Shown piece after piece: positions 38,781 to 45,639 of a stretch of 64,000 nt of DNA. The translations under genes were made by a program, and so were the position numbers. The DNA comes from an uncultured Phenylobacterium sp. GTDB taxonomy: Bacteria > Pseudomonadota > Alphaproteobacteria > Caulobacterales > Caulobacteraceae. Each line of letters begins with the position of its first letter. Positions within the stretch are counted from its first letter, which is position 1. Below the pieces are notes generated by a model. That model was not told the origin of the DNA. It searched no databases and worked only from the letters and a program-made list of their open reading frames with translations. The stretch lies in NCBI GenBank assembly GCA_964575195.1, contig CAZNPJ010000005.1, positions 108,460-172,459 on the forward strand, written 5' to 3'.

Positions 38781-40304
38781 ATGCATTTTAGGTTGTGGAC
38801 GGGAAATCACACAACCGGCGTGGCAAGTAGGGTTGCAGGCCTTCACGTTCTGAAAGGCCAACTTTTGGCGATCGGCGGATCTGTCGCGGCCCTGGCCGCG
38901 CTCTATGCCGCGCGTCCAATGCTCGGCCACTCGGTCTATCTGTTCTGCGCGCCGGTGCTGCTGGCGTGCGCCGCCTATGGCGGAGCCGCGGCTGTGCTGA
39001 CGGCCGCGGTGCTGATGACGGCCGGCGGGTTGGGTCTGGACGCCCTGGCCGGCCTGCCGCTGCTGGAACGGTTGGCCCGCGCCGGCTGGTTCCTGGCCCT
39101 GGGGCTGGGCCTGGCCATCTGGGTGCGAACGGTGACGCGCGAGCGCGTGGCCGCGGCCGAGATCATCGCCGACCAGGCCGAACGCGAGGAATTGCTGCAG
39201 GCCAGCCTCGAGATCGTCGCCGACGCGCTGATCCTGATCGACGCCGACGGTGTCATCCAGAGCTTCAGTCATCCTGCCGAGCGGCTGTTCGGCTGGACGG
39301 CGGCGGAGGTCGTCGGGCAGCACATCAATGGGCTGATGCCCCCGCACGAGGCCGGCGCCCTGACGGGCCGAACGACGGGCGACGACGCCGACGTGAGCGG
39401 CAGCTACCGCAAGCTCACCGGCCTGCGGCGAGACGGCGCCTCGTTCCCGATGGAGGTGCGGGTCGGCGACGTCACCATCGCCTCGCGGCGCCTGCTGACG
39501 ATGGTCGTGCGAGACCTGACCTCGGTTCAGGAGGCCGAGCGTCGGTCCGAGGAACTGCGCCAACAACTGACACAGGTCTGGAGCGCCAACTCCATGGGCG
39601 AGATGGCCTCGGTGCTGGCGCACGAGTTGAACCAGCCCCTGTCGGCGGTGGCCAACTATCTGCGCGCCGCGCGCAACCTCATCGCCCGGCTTGAGCTGGA
39701 CGACGACGACCTGCTGGACGCCGTCGCCCGCGCCGGCGACCAGGCGGTGCGCGCCGGCGAGATCATCCGCACCATGCGCGACCTGGCCAACCGCGGAGGC
39801 ACCCTCCAAAAGCCGGAAAGCCTGTCCGGCATGATCGGCGAGGTGGACTTCATCATCGCCCTGATGGCGCGCGATGCGAACGTTCGTCTGGTCTACGACC
39901 TCCACAAGGGGGACGACACGGTCATCGCCGACCGGATTCAGATCCAGCAACTTGTCGTCAACCTGGCGCGCAACGGCATCGAAGCTGTGACCAAGTACCC
40001 GAACCGCCAGATCAACATTTCGACCCGCCTGGATTCAGGCAATCAGCTGGTGACGACAGTCGAGGACAGTGGACCGGGCGTCGACCCCAGCGTCGCCGAC
40101 CGGTTGTTTCAGCCCTTGGCTAGCACAAAGCCGGAAGGCATGGGGCTAGGCCTCTCAATTTCCAGTGCTATAGTCGAAAATCATAAGGGGCGTATCTGGG
40201 TCGAATCCAGTCGTCTCGGGGGCGCCGCATTCCGTTTCGTGCTGGCGCGGGCAGGTGAGGATGGCGAGCGCAGCGGGGGATCGGACGGTGTTCGTCGTCG
40301 ATGA
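38781..40304 (+). CDS. FixL-like membrane PAS sensor histidine kinase
   Basis: N-terminal TMs, PAS (DALILID...AERLFG...RRDGASFPME), MGEMASVLAHELNQPL H-box, GMGLGLSIS; start uncertain. Confidence 0.88.
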   Translation: MHFRLWTGNHTTGVASRVAGLHVLKGQLLAIGGSVAALAALYAARPMLGHSVYLFCAPVLLACAAYGGAAAVLTAAVLMTAGGLGLDALAGLPLLERLARAGWFLALGLGLAIWVRTVTRERVAAAEIIADQAEREELLQASLEIVADALILIDADGVIQSFSHPAERLFGWTAAEVVGQHINGLMPPHEAGALTGRTTGDDADVSGSYRKLTGLRRDGASFPMEVRVGDVTIASRRLLTMVVRDLTSVQEAERRSEELRQQLTQVWSANSMGEMASVLAHELNQPLSAVANYLRAARNLIARLELDDDDLLDAVARAGDQAVRAGEIIRTMRDLANRGGTLQKPESLSGMIGEVDFIIALMARDANVRLVYDLHKGDDTVIADRIQIQQLVVNLARNGIEAVTKYPNRQINISTRLDSGNQLVTTVEDSGPGVDPSVADRLFQPLASTKPEGMGLGLSISSAIVENHKGRIWVESSRLGGAAFRFVLARAGEDGERSGGSDGVRRR

Positions 40305-40881
40305 TGACGACGCGGCGCGTGATTCCCTTGTCATGCTCCTGAAGTCCGATGGCCTGACGGCCCGTGGCTATGCCTCAGCCCACGATTTCCTCGCCACGTT
40401 CGATCCCCAGGCGCGCGGCTCGATCATCACCGACCTGCGGATGCCCAGTATGGACGGGATCGAGTTGATACGGGCGCTGAAGGCGGTGGGGTGCATCCTG
40501 CCTGTGATCGTCATCACCGGGCACGCGGACGTGAGCCGGGCGGTCGACGCCATGAAGGCCGGCGCCGTGGATTTCATCGAGAAGCCCTACGAGAGCGAAC
40601 TGATCCTCCGGGTGGTGCGCCACTGCCTGGAAGAAAACGACGCCGCCGTGGACGCCGGGGCCTCGCGCACGCGGGTGCTGCGGCGCCTGGAAAGCCTGAC
40701 CCCACGCGAGCGCCAGGTGCTGGATCTGATCATCGACGGGGCCAGCAACAAGGTGATCGCCGCCAGCCTGGCGATCAGTCCGCGCACCGTGGAGATCTAC
40801 AGGGCGAATGTGATGTCGAAGATGCGAGCTGACAGTCTGTCGGACCTGATCCGTTCGACCATCACGGCGGGCGCGGCCTAA
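40261..40881 (+). CDS. FixJ-like response regulator (REC + LuxR HTH)
   Basis: VVDDD, TDLRMP, ITGHADV, EKPY, LTPRERQV, ISPRTVEIYRANVMSKM. Confidence 0.92.
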   Translation: MASAAGDRTVFVVDDDDAARDSLVMLLKSDGLTARGYASAHDFLATFDPQARGSIITDLRMPSMDGIELIRALKAVGCILPVIVITGHADVSRAVDAMKAGAVDFIEKPYESELILRVVRHCLEENDAAVDAGASRTRVLRRLESLTPRERQVLDLIIDGASNKVIAASLAISPRTVEIYRANVMSKMRADSLSDLIRSTITAGAA

Positions 40882-41723
40882 GCGCGCGGCAGATACAGGG
40901 TCGCGATCGTGCCGCGCCCTGGCGCGGACACCAGCTTCAAGGCGCCCCCGGCGCGCTCGGCGAAGGCGCGAACGCCGCTCAGGCCCAGGCCCGTGCCGCC
41001 CCGACCCGCGCGGGTCGTGAAAAAGGGGTCGGTCGCCCGCGCCAGGACCTCGGGCGACATGCCGATCCCGCGATCGATCACCGAGAAGGCGACGTAGGGC
41101 GCGCCACGGACAGACGCGGCCTTGGTGGCGATCTGGACGGCGCCGCCATCGGGCATGGCGTGGCCGGCGTTGATGCACAGGTTCAGCAGCGCCGATTCCA
41201 GCCCGGTGCGGTCGGCGCGGCAGGCCAGCGGCTCGGCCATGGCCAGGGCGACGACGGTGATGCTGGATGCCGTCGCCACCTGGGCGAGGCGCGACGTGGT
41301 CACCACGACCTCCGCGGCGTCGATCACCCCGTCGTCGATCTCCGGTTGGGTCAGGTCGACCAGCCGGGCCAGGAGATCGGCGCCCTTCTCGGCGGCTTCC
41401 TGCGCCACGCGGGCCAACTCCCAGGCGTCGGAGCCCTCGGCCATCTGAGCGGCCAGCGCCTCGTTCGCCGCCAGGATCACCCCCAGCAGGTTGTTGAAGT
41501 CATGCGCCAGCACGCCTGCGCGGGACTGCGCGGAGTCGGGACGCCGGTCGTCGGCGATGCTCCGCAGTGTCCCGTGGCGCGCCGCGCGGACAGGCGATCG
41601 CCGAGGCGCCTGCGCCACGGCGCGCACCGCCGGTCGGTCCCGCAGGCCCTTCGAAACCGCCATCCCGTCAGCGCTCATCGCCGCCGCCCCGTCCTCGCCA
41701 TGGCCAACCGTGGCCCGGTCCAT
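40878..41723 (-). CDS. Sensor-less, receiver-less histidine kinase (CckA/NtrB-type core)
   Basis: AHDFNNLLGVI H-box, LLNLCINA N-box, DRGIGM, PFFTT..GTGLGLS. Confidence 0.85.
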   Translation of the reverse strand: MDRATVGHGEDGAAAMSADGMAVSKGLRDRPAVRAVAQAPRRSPVRAARHGTLRSIADDRRPDSAQSRAGVLAHDFNNLLGVILAANEALAAQMAEGSDAWELARVAQEAAEKGADLLARLVDLTQPEIDDGVIDAAEVVVTTSRLAQVATASSITVVALAMAEPLACRADRTGLESALLNLCINAGHAMPDGGAVQIATKAASVRGAPYVAFSVIDRGIGMSPEVLARATDPFFTTRAGRGGTGLGLSGVRAFAERAGGALKLVSAPGRGTIATLYLPRA

Positions 41724-41728
41724 CGCCG

Positions 41729-42424
41729 TCAGGCCGCCAGCCGTTCGGACTTGGCGTCGCGCAGCATGTAGCCGCCGCCCCAGACGGTCTCGATCTGGCT
41801 GTCGCCACCCGCCGCCGCCGCGATCTTCTTCCGCAGCTTGCAGATGAAAACGTCGATGATCTTGATCTCGGGCTCGCTTAGGCCGTTGTAGAGGTGGTTG
41901 AGGCAGGCCTCTTTGGTGAGGACCGTGTTCTTCCGCAGAGAGAGCAGCTCCAGCATCTTGTACTCGCTGGGCGTCAGGTGGATCTGTTTGCCGGCCACCT
42001 CGACCGTTCGGGTGTTGAGGTTGAGCGCGATCTGGCCCGTGCGCAGGATCGACTCGACGTGCCCGCGCGAGCGCCGCACCACCGCCGTGATCCGCGCGCC
42101 CAGCTCGGACTTGTGGAACGGCTTGGTCACATAGTCGTCGGCGCCGGCCGCCAGGGCCGCAACCTTGGTCTCCACGTCGGTCGTGCCCGACAGAATGATC
42201 ACCGGCGTCGGGTTCTTACGCAGCCGAAGTTCCCGCAGCGCCTCGACCCCGCTGATGTCCTCGAGGTCCAGGTCCATCAGGATCGCGTCGTATTCGTAGA
42301 TCTCGGCCAGCTCGATGGACTCCTCGCCCGACGCTGTCATCGAGACATTATGGCCCTCGGCGCCCAGGATCAGCTTCACGCTGCGGGCGGTCGCGTCGTT
42401 ATCTTCCACAAGCAGAATATGCAT
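41729..42424 (-). CDS. Divergent CtrA-family response regulator
   Basis: 231 aa; YKMLELLSLRK, LNHLY, EPEIKIIDVFICKLRKK, IETVWG; receiver domain clearly diverged from canonical CtrA as recalled. Confidence 0.9.
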   Translation of the reverse strand: MHILLVEDNDATARSVKLILGAEGHNVSMTASGEESIELAEIYEYDAILMDLDLEDISGVEALRELRLRKNPTPVIILSGTTDVETKVAALAAGADDYVTKPFHKSELGARITAVVRRSRGHVESILRTGQIALNLNTRTVEVAGKQIHLTPSEYKMLELLSLRKNTVLTKEACLNHLYNGLSEPEIKIIDVFICKLRKKIAAAAGGDSQIETVWGGGYMLRDAKSERLAA

Positions 42425-42435
42425 CGGATCTTCCC

Positions 42436-42849
42436 CTAACGATCGGTCGTATTGATGGCGGTTTCGGTGGTCGCGGGTGCGTCAGAGATGACCGCTTGGG
42501 ACATCTTCATCAGCTCGGACATACGGAAGGGCTTGGCCAGCACCTGGTCGGCGCCGAGGTGGCGGGCCCAGCTCAGATAGTCAGCGCCGCGGGCGCGGCC
42601 CGCGCCGGAGATGGCGATCACCTTGGGCGGCCGAGCGCCCTGCTTAATCGCGCGGATGCAGCCGATGCCCTCGATGTCGGGCATGACGATGTCGGTCACC
42701 ACGAGGTCGGGCTTGTAGGCGCCGGCCATGCGCAGCCCGGAGCGGCCGTTGTCGGCGGCGGCGGTCTGATAGCCCGCCGCTTCGAACGCCATCGACATCA
42801 GGCGCAACAGCGCCGCGTCGTCGTCGATAATCAGAACTCTACCACCCAT
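42436..42849 (-). CDS. Single-domain response regulator (receiver only)
   Basis: IIDDD, TDIVMP, AISG, AKPF; start re-picked at ATG 42849. Confidence 0.9.
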   Translation of the reverse strand: MGGRVLIIDDDAALLRLMSMAFEAAGYQTAAADNGRSGLRMAGAYKPDLVVTDIVMPDIEGIGCIRAIKQGARPPKVIAISGAGRARGADYLSWARHLGADQVLAKPFRMSELMKMSQAVISDAPATTETAINTTDR

Positions 42850-42956
42850 GGTCGTCCCCAACCGTCGAGGACCGCCCTCGAACCGACGCCCCAGCCCCCG
42901 GGGTGCGCGCGCTTCTGAGGAGTGTCCCGAGGTCATCCGTGGCCCGTCTTTCGTCG

Positions 42957-42974
42957 TTAATCCGTATGGTTAAC
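42957..42974 (-). promoter_or_regulatory. CtrA-type half-sites upstream of the REC/CtrA-like/kinase operon
   Basis: Minus strand reads TTAACCATacggaTTAAC: TTAACCAT motif plus a second TTAAC at 9-bp spacing. Confidence 0.55.
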
Positions 42975-43128
42975 GAGTAAGAACCACAGTGATTCGGGGC
43001 GTGGAAACCTGGGACGATTGCTTAGGTAGAGTCCCCGAGTGACGGGGTGTCGCAGCATCGTGGGGTTGTCTGATCCGGGCAGCTCTGCCTTGGCGGCCTG
43101 GAGAAGGCCGGCGCAGGACGACGAACCG

Positions 43129-43172
43129 TGGCTGGGGAACTAGGACTCGAACCTAGAATGACGGTACCAAAA
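43129..43172 (-). mobile_element. Prophage att site: 3' half of tRNA-Gln(UUG), from anticodon loop to CCA
   Basis: Minus strand TTTTGGT ACCGT CATT CTAGG TTCGAGT CCTAG TTCCCCA GCCA; the upstream bases (ACCGA) cannot pair with ACCGT, so the 5' half is absent. Confidence 0.88.
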
Positions 43173-43191
43173 TCGGTCCCGTTTCCCGCAA

Positions 43192-43249
43192 ATTCAACGG
43201 CTTATCCTGTAAAATCCCCTCGGAGCGCCGACGGGAAATCAAGGACTTA
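43192..43249 (+). promoter_or_regulatory. IHF-like sites in the att arm
   Basis: AATCAA-GGAC-TTA (43237-43249) matches WATCAANNNNTTR exactly; ATTCAA-CGGC-TTA (43192-43204) has one mismatch. Confidence 0.6.
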
Positions 43250-43306
43250 CGGGACGCTGTGTAAACGTTTTGGGCCGCTCGCGCTACCCATGCGCGGCGT
43301 TTTCGG

Positions 43307-43657
43307 GTGACGAGCGCCCGCGTCGGCGACCGCCCGCCCCTCACCCTCGCCCAGCTCCGCGCCGAGGTGGAGCGATGGCCCGCCGAGCGCGGGCTCTATC
43401 GCCTGTGCCATGACGCCCCACCCCTGGACCCGCGCCGGCCGCCGGCCAACCTGCGATGGCTGCTGTTCAGCTCGCACTACGTCGCGACCGCCGGCGCCTA
43501 TGCCCTGGGCGCGGCCGGCGCGCCGCTTCCCGAGGGCGAGCATCATTTCATTTGGCGGGCGGCTTGGCTGGCGGGTCTGGACGCTACGGCCGCCCACAAC
43601 CTGACCTCCGATTCGGGCTCACGGCCGCCAGAGCGGAACAATGCGCGAATTTCCTGA
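43307..43657 (+). CDS. Prophage hypothetical protein
   Basis: 116-aa ORF next to att; no motif recognised. Confidence 0.5.
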   Translation: MTSARVGDRPPLTLAQLRAEVERWPAERGLYRLCHDAPPLDPRRPPANLRWLLFSSHYVATAGAYALGAAGAPLPEGEHHFIWRAAWLAGLDATAAHNLTSDSGSRPPERNNARIS

Positions 43658-43785
43658 CCGAATTCCTTAGTGAATTCAGCGCGAGAACCAATTTGCTGTG
43701 GGTGACGGAGCCTCACCGACATAACGCCGGTCAACTCGCGTTATGATTGGGCTGCGGCACATTGGCCGTAGATAAGGAGCAAACC

Positions 43786-43917
43786 ATGCCTGATCGTAAG
43801 CAGGTCCAACACCGCGACTCCAAGACCGGTCACTTCATCACGAAACGCGAAGCTGACCGTCGCCCTGCTCAATCCGAGCGCGAGGTGATTAGACACCCCG
43901 CGCCCAAGAAGAAGTAA
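43786..43917 (+). CDS. 43-aa basic small protein (accessory gene)
   Basis: TAAGGAG RBS; MPDRKQVQHRDSKTGHFITKREADRRPAQSEREVIRHPAPKKK; below the ORF-track cutoff. Confidence 0.75.
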   Translation: MPDRKQVQHRDSKTGHFITKREADRRPAQSEREVIRHPAPKKK

Positions 43918-44065
43918 GGCCTCCGGTCTTTCCTTAAGGGGTGAGGGCGACCCAGACGCCGGCCAGCTGACAGGCCGTCCTCCCCCCGCTTTTCGAGCCA
44001 GAGGCACCCGACGACTATATGCGCGCCGCCGCCGCGGGCAACGCGCGCATAAGGGGAACGCCGAA

Positions 44066-44091
44066 GAACTAGAACGGAACATCTTGAGAAC
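44066..44091 (+). promoter_or_regulatory. Tandem alphaproteobacterial LexA (SOS) boxes
   Basis: GAAC-tagaacg-GAAC-atcttga-GAAC, i.e. two chained GAAC-N7-GAAC boxes, 27 bp upstream of ATG 44119. Confidence 0.85.
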
Positions 44092-44118
44092 ATTGCACGG
44101 CCACGCTAGGGGTTCGGC

Positions 44119-44295
44119 ATGCTCGATGCGCCCGCCCAGACCTCGCACGCCGACGCCAGCACGGCCAACGACAACGCCCCGCCGTCTGCCTGGATGATCC
44201 CCATCGTCGGCCAGGTCGGCGACGGCGGCCGGGTCAGGCTCAACGCCGCCTGGGCCGCCGCCACGCCCTTCCCCAACGATCACCGCGAGGCGTGA
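44119..44295 (+). CDS. 58-aa small protein downstream of the SOS boxes
   Basis: MLDAPAQTSHADASTANDNAPPSAWMIPIVGQVGDGGRVRLNAAWAAATPFPNDHREA; TGA is 1 bp before the next ATG. Confidence 0.65.
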   Translation: MLDAPAQTSHADASTANDNAPPSAWMIPIVGQVGDGGRVRLNAAWAAATPFPNDHREA

Positions 44296-44296
44296 C

Positions 44297-44557
44297 ATGG
44301 GAACGCGCAAGGGGCCGATCTACTGGATGACGTGGCAGAAAACCCTTGGCGGCATGGCCGACGCCGGCGTCCGCGTCCGCCAGCGGTGCGAGGCCTGCGA
44401 CGTGTCGGCCGACATCGACGTCGGCGAATGGCTGGCGTTCTACGGCCCCGACCATAGCTTGGTGAATTTCCGCCCGCCCTGCGACACCTGCGGCGTGCCG
44501 ACCTGGTTCTCCGCCTCGCCAGGGCCGTCGACACCATTCCGTCCGCTGAAGGACTGA
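44297..44557 (+). CDS. Small zinc-ribbon-like protein
   Basis: TLGGMADAGVRVRQRCEAC...RPPCDTCG (CxxC...CxxC). Confidence 0.8.
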   Translation: MGTRKGPIYWMTWQKTLGGMADAGVRVRQRCEACDVSADIDVGEWLAFYGPDHSLVNFRPPCDTCGVPTWFSASPGPSTPFRPLKD

Positions 44558-44571
44558 CACGCGGCCGAACG

Positions 44572-44602
44572 AAAAAGCCCCCGACGCGTGAGCGCCAGGG
44601 GC
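44572..44602 (-). terminator. Rho-independent terminator ending the phage late operon
   Basis: Minus strand gcccctggcgc-tcac-gcgtcgggggc-ttttt. Confidence 0.75.
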
Positions 44603-44652
44603 CTGTGAGCGGTCATCGCCGCGGGGGATGATGCGTCAGCCCGCCGGCGTGG

Positions 44653-44991
44653 TCAGCCGACGCAGATCTTGCCGCGCGGGTTGTCTTCGCCGCATCGCTT
44701 GCAGCGCAGGGTATGGATCTCTCCGTTTGGCGCCTTAATCTCGCGCGGGCACTCGGCCTCACCCGGCATCCAGAAGTCATGCTTCAGTGGGCCACCCAAG
44801 CCGATCAAGGCGCGGCCCAGCAGGGCGATGGCCTCGGCCATAGGCACCTCGTAACTGGTGGTCAGCGGGTCATCCCCCTCGCTTCGGATCGTGAAGCGCA
44901 CGCGCTCGCCACAGTCGGTCGCTTGCATGTTCACGTAACCGACGTGACCCTTGTCGGGCATCGGGCCGGTGTAGGCGTATTGGTCGCTCAT
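44653..44991 (-). CDS. Prophage hypothetical protein after the spanins
   Basis: ATG 44991 with a GGAGA RBS; C-terminal Cys cluster (C...HTLRCKRC...C). Confidence 0.7.
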   Translation of the reverse strand: MSDQYAYTGPMPDKGHVGYVNMQATDCGERVRFTIRSEGDDPLTTSYEVPMAEAIALLGRALIGLGGPLKHDFWMPGEAECPREIKAPNGEIHTLRCKRCGEDNPRGKICVG

Positions 44992-45029
44992 CGCTCTATC
45001 TCCTGTTTTGATGAATCCCGCCGGCGGGG

Positions 45030-45329
45030 TCAGTGACAGGCCTGTCGTCGGGCGAGGTCCGCCCGCTCCCATCCTCGCCGCCCCCAGGCGCGGGCCTCCG
45101 CCTCGCCATTCAGGAACGCCTCGGTCTCCGCGCGCTCGCGATCGGTCGCCGGCTGGACGATGCCGCCCTGGACCGGCGGCTCGGCCTCGATCCGCGCGCA
45201 GAGGCGGGGGTCGGCGGCTTTCGGCGCCGGTTCAGCGACCGGGGCCGGCCTGGAGCGCGTCGCGCAGGCGCTCAGCGCCAACGACGCCACGAACAGGACA
45301 GCCAGCGGCGTCCGCTTTGACGGGTGCAT
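45030..45329 (-). CDS. o-spanin (Rz1-like lipoprotein)
   Basis: Lipobox LSAC, Pro-rich segment, overlaps the 3' end of the upstream TM protein. Confidence 0.8.
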   Translation of the reverse strand: MHPSKRTPLAVLFVASLALSACATRSRPAPVAEPAPKAADPRLCARIEAEPPVQGGIVQPATDRERAETEAFLNGEAEARAWGRRGWERADLARRQACH

Positions 45330-45639
45330 AGGCGATCTCCCTTATGACCTTGGCCGAGGCGCGGGCCTGCTTTACCCGCACGTCGCATTGCAGGGCGGTA
45401 TCGTTGACGGCGGTGCGCGCCTGGACGTTCTCTTCGCCCCGGAGGCGTTCGGCCTTGCGGAAACCGGCTTCCCACCCGCGGGCCGCATCCTTCCAATCGT
45501 CGGCCGCCACGCGCCAGGCGTCGCGGTCCTGCCCGATCCGGTGAAGCTGGGCGCCGTAGCCGATGACCGGCGTGACGTGGGCGATGGCGATGACCAGGCT
45601 GGCCGCCACCGCATAGGCGATCAGGCGAAGGGTGATCAT
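45232..45639 (-). CDS. i-spanin (Rz-like)
   Basis: N-terminal TM (MITLRLIAYAVAASLVIAIA) then coiled coil; ATG overlaps the endolysin stop. Confidence 0.75.
   Translation of the reverse strand: MITLRLIAYAVAASLVIAIAHVTPVIGYGAQLHRIGQDRDAWRVAADDWKDAARGWEAGFRKAERLRGEENVQARTAVNDTALQCDVRVKQARASAKVIREIAYAPVKADAAGCPVRGVVGAERLRDALQAGPGR

Noticed and set aside
41729-42424. Assigning the symbol ctrA
   Set aside because: The receiver domain is too diverged from the canonical Caulobacterales protein as I recall it; treated as a paralog pending a genome-wide check.
43129-43200. Complete tRNA-Gln gene
   Set aside because: No D arm or 5' acceptor strand, and the 5' anticodon stem does not pair; reported as an att remnant instead.
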